From Chromera velia (lineage: Eukaryota), in assembly GCA_018398765.1 (NCBI GenBank), contig JAHBMJ010000024.1:62001-126000 (forward strand): 64,000 nucleotides of DNA. The letters are read 5' to 3'. Positions 37,914 to 48,500 of this stretch are shown piece after piece (within the stretch, counting starts at the first letter, position 1; each line of letters starts with the position of its first letter). Position numbers and translations under genes: made by a program. Under the pieces are notes generated by a model. It was not told where the DNA came from and ran no database searches. It saw only the letters and a list, made by a program, of their open reading frames with translations.

Positions 37914-38780
37914 ATGAGCGAAGCTGACTTGTATTGGTTTGAATTTCTCTCAAAACTTGGAGACCTGAGAGACTACATTGGCTATATTCTCTATTTCGAT
38001 TGGTTATCAAGAATCCCTCCTGCACAGCAACGCTTGCAAGTTCAAAAGACTGCGGCTTTGCACAGTGCCGCTTGGTGTCGAGGAGGGCAAGAAGCAACCT
38101 TTCAGATTGTGGAAGTCCGACCGGTTGAGAAAGGTCCAAAAGGATTCTTTGGAGAGCTGCTTCTGTTTTTGGAAGTTGTAGGGAAAAAAGGATGGACGAG
38201 AGTGCGGGGGGTCTTTGTTGTTGAGATCTGGGTGTCTGAAGCAGCATTGAGGGAGCTTTTTGCTCTTTTGAAGTTAAAGGAGGCAGGCGGTCTCACGTGG
38301 GAGTGGGCTTCAGCTTTGACGAAAGACAGTGACTTTGTTCTGACATACAGGCACCTGAATTCCTTGTGTTTTGTTTGTGGGAAACCCAAACATACAGCTG
38401 CATCCTGCGCTTTGAGGATTGCTTCCCCAGAGGCGTCTGGATTGACTCTTTTGCCTGAAGCCCCGCCTACGGCAAGTCAAGGTGCAGAGGTGTTCGATCC
38501 GTCTCGCATTGGTCTGTACTTCAACAAAGGGTCTGACAGGGTGAGCCCTCACTGGTGGTGGAAAGAAGCTCAGAGTGGAGCACGTGTCTCGTTCTTTTTC
38601 CACAGAGTAGGAGAGGGAAAGTTTGTGGTGTGGGTGACGTGTAATGGAAAAAGGAAGACGGAGTGCTGTTTTGAGGCAGAAAACGAGACGGTAGCCGCAT
38701 TTGAAGTCCTTTCCTTTGCCCCTACTTATATTCACGCAATTTCTCTTCCTTCAAAGAGAAGTTACAAGCAGAACAGGTAA
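37914..38780 (+). CDS. GIY-YIG-like nuclease with CCHC zinc knuckle (288 aa), transposon cargo
   Basis: Zinc knuckle CFVCGKPKHTAASC (CX2CX4HX4C) is clear. DLYWFEF..DYIGY, QRLQVQ, HSAAWCR and GELLLF..KKGWTRVRG resemble GIY-YIG/knuckle proteins common in large DNA viruses. ORF is intact. Confidence 0.6.
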   Translation: MSEADLYWFEFLSKLGDLRDYIGYILYFDWLSRIPPAQQRLQVQKTAALHSAAWCRGGQEATFQIVEVRPVEKGPKGFFGELLLFLEVVGKKGWTRVRGVFVVEIWVSEAALRELFALLKLKEAGGLTWEWASALTKDSDFVLTYRHLNSLCFVCGKPKHTAASCALRIASPEASGLTLLPEAPPTASQGAEVFDPSRIGLYFNKGSDRVSPHWWWKEAQSGARVSFFFHRVGEGKFVVWVTCNGKRKTECCFEAENETVAAFEVLSFAPTYIHAISLPSKRSYKQNR

Positions 38781-38784
38781 AAGG

Positions 38785-39966
38785 ATGCCAGTGACCAAGC
38801 CCGTGGGGAGACCCAGGCGTTATACGGACAGGCAAGAACGCTCTATGGTGAACTTCTACATCAAGGTGCGCAAGGAGAACAAGAAGGCTCCGACGATCGA
38901 TCATTGGAAGCACAAACTGAAGAACAGGCGTTCACTGCTGCCACTACCGAAGTCAAAGGTCTGTCTGCATGAGTACGAGTATGAGTGACTGATTGAGATT
39001 GGCTTTGGTTTGTGAATGTTAGGGTTTTTTTGTGTGTGAGTATGAATTGTGGTGCAGTTTGCTGTGTTCAGCCGTCTCCGGCCGTCTCCAGCCGTCTCCA
39101 GCCGTCTACTTGCCTTTCTTCATTTGTTTTGATGTGTTGTCACATGTTTGTGCCTGTAGAATACCTGGACCGGCATTTTGAAGCGCTGGTTGCCTGGGGG
39201 GAAGTGGTATAAGAAGATTCGAGGGGCAGTTGGAAACGATCAGGTTGAAACCAGGCGTTGGAAGGAAACAAAGAAACTGCAACGACGAGGAAAGAAGGAA
39301 TGGAAGACCGATTTTCTTTTTTTAGACTTCAAGTACTACAAACCACGCTTGAGTCCGGAACAAAAAGCTTATTCGCGTATGCTTGGGGGGGAGAAGGTGT
39401 TTTGCACGAGTGAGGAAAGACAAGAACCATGGGCAAGGGCAGGACATATGTCACGGAATAAGCCGGCAGGACCAGGGAACGCGTTTCAAATGGGAGTCGT
39501 AATTGGTTGTGGGCGTGTGATTGTTGCAGCAAAGCTACCAAATCCATACAATCGCTTTCATGTGAGGGACTTTTTGCTGAATGATGTAGAGCCTGCACTT
39601 GTTGAACAAGGGTTTGGAAAAGAAACTGTTTTGCGTTGTGATCGAGATTCATGTTTAACTTCGAGGGTTGGGAAGGCTGCATTGAACAGTCTTTCTTGTT
39701 CTTTTGAATTTGCACAAGCTTCAATGCAAGACACATCACCGCTCGATTTTTCCTTCTGGTCAAAAGTGAAACGTGACATGTTGGAAGAAGAGGCGTCCGG
39801 GCCATTTTGGAAAGCGATTCAAAAAGAGAGTGAACACAACTGGACAGCGCGGTTGTTTCGTACCATTCGTACAGTTCCACGTGAGTTTATTGACAAGACA
39901 ATTGCTTCAGTATACAACCGAATGAAGAACATCCGCCTTGCAAAAGGAAAGCATCCAAAAGAGTGA
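38785..39966 (+). CDS. Tc1/mariner-family transposase (DD34D), two exons, ~326 aa, apparently intact
   Basis: Exon 1, 38785-38958, has the GRPR motif. GT-AG intron 38959-39159 joins in frame (PKSK|NTWTGILKR). Triad FLFLD / LRCD / MQDTSPLDFSFW with 34 residues between D2 and D3. Confidence 0.9.
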
Positions 39967-40150
39967 CACAGTGACCGACTGTTAACCACTTTTTCCAAAA
40001 TTTATATTTTTGTACCAAAATTATCAAAGACAATAGAATCTTTTTAGTTTTATATTTTTAAATTAAATTAAATTAGTATTCAATAGAAAGGATAACTATT
40101 AACATTGCGCACCAAATTTAGAAGTTATATGATTTTTTGAAAAAAGTGCT

Positions 40151-40539
40151 CCACCTGTTCAGAAATTATTTTTTTTCAGTCACCTTTTATTTTAAAAGTT
40201 GTTCAGAAAGGAGGCTGTAAAAAAGTTAAATAGTCAGTTGTTGAATGCCGGGTCTACAAAATACAATTTGCTTAATATAAGGGCTGTGTAACTTTTGACT
40301 GACAAAAAGCCTAGGAAATAAAATTTTTTTTTTGGTTAAAAAAAGTTCATATTTTTTGAAAAACACAAATAAACATAGTGTCTTATGAACATATGAATGT
40401 ACAATGAATAGAATACTCAAGTAAGCACTCTATGTAAGTCTATAGATTTAGTATGTATTCATAAAGTGTGAGCTTTGTATATGCTATGATTCAAGAGTAA
40501 TACTAGGTGAAAGTGTGAAAATAATTTCTGAACAGGTGG
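40151..40539. repeat. Right terminal module (389 bp), direct repeat of 37303-37691
   Basis: Collinear near-identical sequence with the same internal 22-bp inverted ends. Confidence 0.95.
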
Positions 40540-42154
40540 TAGACTTTCAGATCACAGGCACGGCACAGGATCTTCCTGCCTGCTTGTTGGGTGCAACTGT
40601 GTGTGCTGCATGAAGGACGCCCCGGGGCTGGCCGTGGAGAAGGAGCACCACCTTCTGCTTCGTTTACAGGCGGACTCTTGCATGGGAGGAGGGAGAAGTC
40701 AGCGAGGCATTTCCATGCAGCCGCCACCTGAAGTCTCTGTCCGTTTTTATTCTGTTTGAGTCTCTGAGTATGGATTTCTAGACTTGTCTTGTTTGGAGTC
40801 GTTTTCCCGGAGGAGACGGGAGACGCCGGCGGGACCTCCCAAGGACCTCTCGTAGGAGAGGTCAGGCAGGCTGTTGGTCCGGAAAGGCAGGCCGGTCCTG
40901 TTGCCATGCTTGTCAATCACGGGGCCGACATCGCTGCCGTCACGATCGTTTCTTACGACCCCCGTACAGATCGCTGGCAATTTTATGGGGGCGGCCCCAG
41001 AGGAAATATGCACTCGACTCTCTCAACTAAAGAGTCTTACCCTTCTTTTCCCGGCCGCTCACCTGTCTACGAAGCGCTCACGGGTATGGCCTCTAAGGCC
41101 GAATGCGATGCCATGGCGCTGCTTCAGCGTTGGCCAGTTCCTCTTCCTCCGAGCCCAAGAAAAGGGTGTCCTTCGCCTCTGCTATCACCGTGAATGAGTA
41201 CGATCCCGCGTATTTTGACGCCAAATTCTGGCCAAAGAAGACAAACAAAAATGGGGAAATAAAACTGAAAGAACTGAACTTACGGCGGTGTCAACACAAA
41301 AAGAACCCCCTCACCCGGCGGATGCTGCCAAGGTCCGACGAAGACGCCCACGGACGTGTCCCCTTCAGCTCCATAGTTCAGTAATCGTTCCAGAGCTTCG
41401 GCCGGAAAGCATTGCGCCATGCAGGAGACGCGGTGGGAACAACACTTTGCCAAAAAGGGAAAACAAAGAAAGCAGTCTCTTTATAACTGTGGACTCAGAA
41501 ACTCGATTCTCACGAGCTGTGCGGAGGTTCTTTAGATTAAGTTGCGCGTGTTTTCTTGGAGCAGTGCGCTCTGACCGGCAAGAAGCCACACTTCCTTCGA
41601 AAAAGTCTCGGTGTGAAAGGCTGGCCTTCATGCAGTGAAGGCTTTGCCGATTCAGGCCCCGGAAAGACGCCGACGGCGGCACTTTTAAAAAAATTTTGGG
41701 AAGCCTGAACTTGGGACACGCAAAAAAGCATGCGTGGAGAAAGGGGCTCGCGAGTTCCTGCACGCATATATTAATATAGGCATCGAATCGTGGTATGTAT
41801 GAAAGTTGTCGTGAGTCCTCGCGGCTCGCACGGACCACAACATGGCCTCAAAGAACAATTGTCTTCGGAAATAGAGCGGCTCGCACGGACCCAGCCGCTC
41901 AAAAAAAAGACTGGGGCCCGAAGGAGTTCTCTTTCGAATGGATCTTGCCTTTGTAGGCGCTTTCGCGGGGGGGGGGCGGCAGGTGATGGGAGATTGCGGA
42001 GACAAGAGGACGGAACGATGAAGAGACCGTCTGGAAGAGCCTGGGGAAGGAACAATGAAGGGGGGGAGGAACGAGGCCGGGGAGGGAGCAAAAGAAAGAA
42101 TCCGACACAAACACGAATGAAGATCCTCGACCCCCTCCAGCCCCTTCCTACAGC

Positions 42155-42275
42155 GGTAGGTGATGGGGCGTTTCCCGGCGTCCGACGGGAGTCCCCTCCT
42201 GCAGGGGTTCTCGGTTGCTCCCCGCAGCCGCCCGTTACACGGCTGACCTGCCGTTCGTGTGCCCCATCACCTACC
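42155..42275. other. 121-nt GC-rich multi-hairpin element
   Basis: Closing stem GGTAGGTGATGGGGC / GCCCCATCACCTACC (15 bp, perfect). It encloses hairpins TCCCG/CGGGA, CCCCT/AGGGG, CGGTTGC/GCAGCCG and CCG/CGG. Confidence 0.7.
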
Positions 42276-43337
42276 TACGGCTACAGGCACTGGTACTGAG
42301 GAGGTCAGTGTAGATAGAACATTTGATTCATTAGAATTCAGTAAAACTGCAGAGTAGCACATGAAAGAACGTAACAGAGAGCAAACGAATCGTTACGGCT
42401 GCTATGGCGTGCAGGTAGATGAGGACTATGAAGTAGACTGGAATAAGATCATTGACAAGATGAACCGTGACCTATATGGTGACCTGTATGACGTGCAGGG
42501 AGAAGACGACGGGGATCTCGACCCTATTGCATGTGCACTCCAGGCTATCCGGGGACTGGATTCCACTCAGTTGGAGCAGTTCAGAAGGGAACGTGCAGTC
42601 TGCTCATTGTCTCTTTGTGTTCCATCTTTTGTATCAGCACTGTGTTTCGAAGTGAACGTGTCGACTTTCCAGCTTGCAACACGGTTCGTCGCTTCGAGGG
42701 AAACAGGAGGAGCAAAATGGAGTGGTGGGCGTGACGTGCCAAGAACATTTGTGGAGATGAGGAACAAGATCGTTGCGATGATCTGTGCCCATTTCTTCAA
42801 AAAGATCCAGTACTCGACGTCCGCACTTGTCCTCGAGTATGAGCGCATTGCCTGTAAGCCGTGTAGGTTCGGGCCCATTCATCATCCCTGCATGCATGCA
42901 TCCAGGTAATGCACGATCTCCTTCTGGGCGTTCACGGCCTGGTTCGACGAGAGAGCCTGCATGTAGAGGCAGGGGGACAAGCTGTCTTGGGGGCTTGTCT
43001 TTCATCTCATCACATGTCACACATATCCCTTCCTTGTCCAATGGGAAAGGGCAAACAAATTTGGTGTCATCTTTAAAGATGAACATCTACCAAGTTTTTA
43101 GCCCAGGTGCTTGATCTTTTGTAACGCTCTCAGGGTTGCTCTGCTGAACGCTGCATGAGAACTAGCAACATTCTATCCGTAGAATTGTAGTTGGTTTTGT
43201 TGTTTCTTTTCCAGGCCGTTTGAGAGATCCGGACCATTTCTGAGGCAATCTCTCTATGTCTGTCTTGAGAACCTCGGTCCCTCCAAGAGAATTTCTCAGT
43301 TGGAGGCTCGACCTCCCATGGTGTGACGATCCAAATC

Positions 43338-43577
43338 CCTCCCTTCATCAGGTTCTTGCCCTCTTCACCTCCCTTCATCAGGTTCTTGCCCTCTTCACCT
43401 CCCTTCATCAGGTTCTTGCCCTCTTCACCTCCCTTCATCAGGTTCTTGCCCTCTTCACCTCCCTTCATCAGGTTCTTGCCCTCTTCACCTCCCTTCATCA
43501 GGTTCTTGCCCTCTTCACCTCCCTTCATCAGGTTCTTGCCCTCTTCACCTCCCTTCATCAGGTTCTTGCCCTCTTCA
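43338..43577. repeat. Perfect 30-bp tandem repeat, 8 copies
   Basis: CCTCCCTTCATCAGGTTCTTGCCCTCTTCA x8. Reads (EEGKNLMKGG)n on the minus strand. Confidence 0.98.
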
Positions 43578-46500
43578 CGATCGAGAATCAACAGATAAAA
43601 AAAAGTGAGAAAGCAACAACGAATGCAGTTGATTGTCGATCCCCCTAGCCTTTGGAGCTACCTATGTGCAAGTTTATGTGAACGCGGACATGTGTATTTG
43701 CATGAGAGTAGAGAGCGTCTCATCGCTCTCACTCTGTCTCTAAACAAAAGAATGAAATCCAGTCTCAATTCTACACAGACAGACAGCTTCTGATTCCCCT
43801 AAGAGCCGGATCCCCTCCTGAAAAAGACAGCTTGTTATTGTTCTAAGGGCCGATTCCCTTCTGTCTTTCAACGGGATCTCGCGTCCCTTTTTGTTGTGAC
43901 TGCATGAGCGAGGTTCGTCTGGAATGGGAAAAAAAAGTTACACTCATTCAGTCAGCCTGCTCTTGTGGATTGTGCGCTCTCCCTACTTTCTCTGCTTTGC
44001 ATGAGCTCACTTGTCTGTTGACTGCGTTGACACTGCCGATGCATAAATATAGATTGACGGTTTGGTCGCATGTGTCGTTCACGCAGCACAGGGAGGATGT
44101 GACTGAAGACGGACTCGGCGACACCAGGGAGGAGGATGTGACTGAAGATGAACTCATCGTCGGAGGAGACCGCCAGAAGAAAACGGGAGAGGGAAGAGAA
44201 GAAAGCAAGAATCCAATAATCTGAAGCCTGTTTGAAGTTTGGGTATGGAACTTCTTCTGAGGATTCAGAAAAAGAGACCGACAGAAGTCAGACAAGCGCA
44301 CCGGCACACAACCAGCCGACTGACGGGAGAGGGGATGCGGAAGGGAGAGGGAACTTTGGGGATGCATGGCGATGCTCCCCTGCAGGCCCGCGACTGCATG
44401 ACGGTGCAAGAAGCTCCTCCTCGGGCGCCCCTCCTCAGGCGGATACTTCGCTTTCGTCCTCCTGTTCAGGCCCTTCTTCTTCCCAAGATCCAAGGTGGAA
44501 GTGCCACTGCGGGAAAACCGTGAAGACGAACATGCATAGGATGGTGCCGGAGTTGCCATCGGTATATTTTGGGGACTGGACACGAAGCACTGCAATATGT
44601 TCTCTTTATGTTTGTCTCTGTCTCTCTGTCTACGCTCAAGCAGCGGAAGGAGACAGGTCGTTTTGCTTCAAAAATGGTTTGTCGCCGAAGTACGTCCTTG
44701 CCTTCTCGGTTGACTCAGATCTCGGTGGGAGAGTTGTCCAAAAAGCGAAGGGCTGGTGCTGCAAACTTGTACCGATTGTCGTTCTGATTGCTGTCCAGCA
44801 GAAAGACAAGAAACATCCCTGCCTCGCCGAGGTACCTGCCCTGATATGCCCGAAGGCATACACAGAGAAAGGACATTGCACGATGTCCTTCCTCGACGTA
44901 TTGAGCAAGACGCCCCCAGCCCGCTAGTGCGTGAAGATCAATCTGAGCAACGTCGGAAGAAGCTGTGCCAATGTGCTGTCGGCCGCGACACTGGACTGGA
45001 AGTGGTGAGTGAAAGGCGGTGATCCCTACAACCTTTTTGCCTTCTCGTCTTTCGAAATGAGAAGCAACTTTTGCCCTCCTTCTGTTTGCAGGCTGGTCGA
45101 GCATAGGCTGTCCAAGCCGATCCACTTTCACCTGCACCAAGGAGTGATCAATCTGGACGATGACGAAGATGAGGACCTCAGAAAGAGACGACCTTGCAGG
45201 TTCTCTTCCCCCAGATGGGCAAAGGAGACAAGCGGGCTCCCCTGTGCGTGCTCTGACGGATGCATGGACCGGCTCTACAGGGAGGGGGGACTCGCGGTCC
45301 GTCGCAAATGCTGCCGTTTCCGTCAGAAGCACCAGAAGCCTCTGTCGTATGTGAAGGAGGGAAGACAGAGCTGCGAGGGGTGTCTCCAGTTCGATGGATC
45401 GTTCTAGCTTTGACACTTTCCTTTCTTTGTATAAACCTGTATAAATCCTGTGTTCCTGACTCGGGAGGAAACGTCTCCTTCTTCTCATTCCCTTCCGGGA
45501 CACATTCCTGCATTTGGAGGGGAGCTCCGCCCGAACCGCCCTCCCCATGTGGCGGTGTAGGGCCAATCTCCTCTCTGGCATCGGAACCTGCGCTCAGGTC
45601 GTCTGCTATTCGTTCAAGGTCGAAGGTTGGGTCATTGACAATCTCAGCAATAAAGCTGCTCGGGACAGTTTCACGAAGGCCTTGCTGAGAGGAGAGCAGT
45701 GGGAAGCACTCCATGCCCTTTTGCAGTACGTGACTCGCATCATGGAGCTTTGCAGCTCCGACAAGACCGAGGGCAGAGATGCTTCTCAAGGATCTCTACA
45801 CGCTCCATCAGCTGGTCTGTAGCTCCCAGGTAGGTTTTCATTTAGATCAACCCTATCAACAACGTTAAAGACACCGGCAGAAGCCAAACGTGAGTCAGTC
45901 TGTTTCTCTTCTGTCTCAAGTTTCTCTCAAGCTCCAGATGCAAATGTATTTATGCACAATCCATTTGTTTCAGGGACCTACACTCAATCCCATGTGGATC
46001 AGACAGTGTGGAGCACCCAAGCGAATTGGTTCCACTTCGTCTGCCTCCTCACTGTGAAACCGGTGCATGGGATCCGAGTCCCTGGAGGTTGAGGACCCCT
46101 GGGATGATGAAGATCCTCGGGTTGCTCACACGGGTAAAGTCCGCATTCAGTATCCAATGAACGACCAATGGAGCTTGCAGACACCGGGAATCACGTATCA
46201 TGAGCTTGCGCACTCAGCGGTCCCACCTGTTCACACCGCTTGTTATCCTTTTTTGTGTGAGGATGGTCCCTGGTCCCTCTTGAGACAGGCCCCTCCATCT
46301 TCGCTGAGCCCTCCTTCGATGGCGAGTGCATGGGTATGGGAACACTTCGAGTTAGTTCATGTGCCCAGGCCCCAAATCAGAATGGAACATGTCTAAAAAT
46401 GCCAGAATGTGTTCCGGAATCCGCGCGCGCATCGGGACGCATGTTCCGAAGTGTTGCATGCATGCGCCAAAGTGTTGCACCGACCTGGCGTGGTGAACGG

Positions 46501-46802
46501 TTCCAAAATGGACACACATCTGTTCCAAAAGGTAACGGGACGTCTTCAATGAATACAGGCATAGGTGATCATGCTAGCGAGAAACAGAGGCATGAATATA
46601 CGCAACACCTCGCTGTACAGAGTTGCAGAAAAGCTGTAAAGTAACCTCTTGCTCTCTCTCTGCTCCTTTTCCTTGTATTTTCTTGAGGCCATCATGGAAG
46701 CCGTAGCAACTTTGTTTCGTTCCAAATTGGCTGCTTGTCTTGATGTGGCAGAAGAGCCCCATGATGGAATGGAATTTTCGCAGCTGATCCGAGAGCAAGT
46801 TG

Positions 46803-48500
46803 CTGGTGCCGTCTGAGGGAGCGACGGTTCCTTTCGGCGAATACACACACATTCTCACTCATCCACCCTCCCTCTCGCGTGCACGTGTATTCGTGCAGGT
46901 TGAGTCTGAGGCTCGCACTCTGATGGAGACCGGCGGGAGTCGGGTGCCTGAGGGTCCTCCCCCACTCCAACTTCCTCCCGTCAACGAGTCCACCATATGG
47001 ATTAGGTGGCTCCATGACGTGAGGATTCAGGTCTCTGAGTGGCGAGCTCGGTCGGTGGTGAAGTCGTCGAAGGAGCTGGGGGCGGGGTATCGGATTGTCA
47101 GCCTCGCCACCGCAGAGCTCGCGGCGCTTCGCACCCAGATCAAGATCGCGGGGTACCTGCCTGTGATTGACACCAAAAAGCAGCAGATGTACCAGATGGA
47201 GGGGGCAGATAAGGAGATCTCTGAGGAGTACTTGATGGCATACAACGCCAGACCGTGCTCCATCTTTTCCATCTGTCTGAACAAGATGACAGAGGAGAGG
47301 AAGAAACTCCAGCGCCCTCCGACGGGATTTGGTCTGGGGGGGACCTCTGAGGAGGTACCCGAGGACGGTGTTCTCCTGCCTCCTCTTCGACCCGTAAGGG
47401 CCCCCGCAGCAGTAGCAGCAGCATCGTCCTCCGATGCTCCCCTTTCTCTTCCCCCTGTGGATGCCATTTCCACCCTTGTCCCTAACTCCGCCTCCCAGGA
47501 TGCCTTGAAGACATACCTGAAGTTATGGAGGACTCTAGGGTTCTATAGAGTCCTGTAGAGTGAGAGTATTCTGTATTTGGTCTCTGAGGAGACAGGCCCG
47601 GTCTCTGTATCGGCAGATAGAGACTGGGCCCACCCTGTGTGTATAGAGTGGTCATTGGGACCTGCCGCTGGAGGAGCCAGCCCCTTAGCTTGAGAGCGTG
47701 CAGGTACGTGCGCGTTTCACTGGTGCCGTCTGAGGGAGCGACGGTTCCTTTCGGCGAATACACACAAATTCTCACTCATTCACCCTCCCTCTCGCGTGCA
47801 CGTGTATTCGTGGTGGGGATAAAGGGGGGGGGGCTACGAAACCAGATGTCCCCTATCTCTCGTGGGAAGAGATCCTGCAGAGACCCCCTCGAAACATCCT
47901 CGAGTTGCGTGACTTCTCCTATGTCCTGCTGACCAACTACTTTCTCACCTACCTCGAGAGGGAGGGGAGATTGCTTTGCTCATGGTTGGTGCAGCAGGCA
48001 GTCACGCGCAAAAAGTTCAGGACGTTCCACGAGCTGTTGGCATACCTGGATGTCATGATCACCATCGTCAATACGTACTGCCTGAATGGTCTCGTTCCCG
48101 ATGCCATTTGGGGGTGTATGTTGGGGGGTCCCATTCCCGATTCCCTTCTCCACTTGTGGGAGCAGCATCGGGGGGTGAATGTCAAGCTGTACCGTCCGCT
48201 GAGGAGGATGGTGGAGGAGTATGCGCGAACCCCCGAAACCAACTCCCTTATCCACACATCCGGCCCCGTCTCCCACCGCCTCATGAAGGATCTGACGGAG
48301 ATGGCCACCCACATCACTGGGGTGCCCAGTCAAAGTCAGAACGTCCTTTTTCTAGGCCCTGCCCATGTGCCTCCGAGGGGGCACTCCCGATCCCCTGCTC
48401 CTACGCGTCCAAAGAAGCAGGGGAACCAGGGAGGGTCGGGCAGTCCGGGTGGGAGAAGTGATGGAGGCTACAGAGAACCAGTCAATGGAAAGCGATTCTG
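46803..48500 (+). mobile_element. Probable retroelement leader/gag-like fragments with a 93-bp direct repeat
   Basis: 93-bp repeat at 46803-46895 and 47720-47812 (2 mismatches). ORF pieces METGGSR..LPPVNESTIWIRWLHDVR and RDFSYVLL..GGPIPDSLLHLW..G/R-rich tail stop at KRFC. The gag call is inference. Confidence 0.4.

Larger units (their letters stand above)
37303..40539 (+). mobile_element. IS630-Tc1-mariner element, 3237 bp, with 389-bp direct terminal modules
   Basis: TA at 37301-37302 and 40540-40541. Begins CCACCTGTTCAGAAATTATTTT and ends AAAATAATTTCTGAACAGGTGG. Contains a DD34D transposase and a second ORF. Confidence 0.93.

Noticed and set aside
37303..40539. LTR retrotransposon interpretation (direct repeats plus zinc knuckle)
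   Set aside because: No RT, protease, PBS or PPT, and no TG..CA ends. The TA TSD and DD34D transposase indicate a DNA transposon.
43338..43577. 30-bp repeats of CRISPR-like length
   Set aside because: Head-to-tail with no spacers.
47580..47640. CTGAGGA as a hammerhead ribozyme core
   Set aside because: No correctly placed GAAA or stems I and III.
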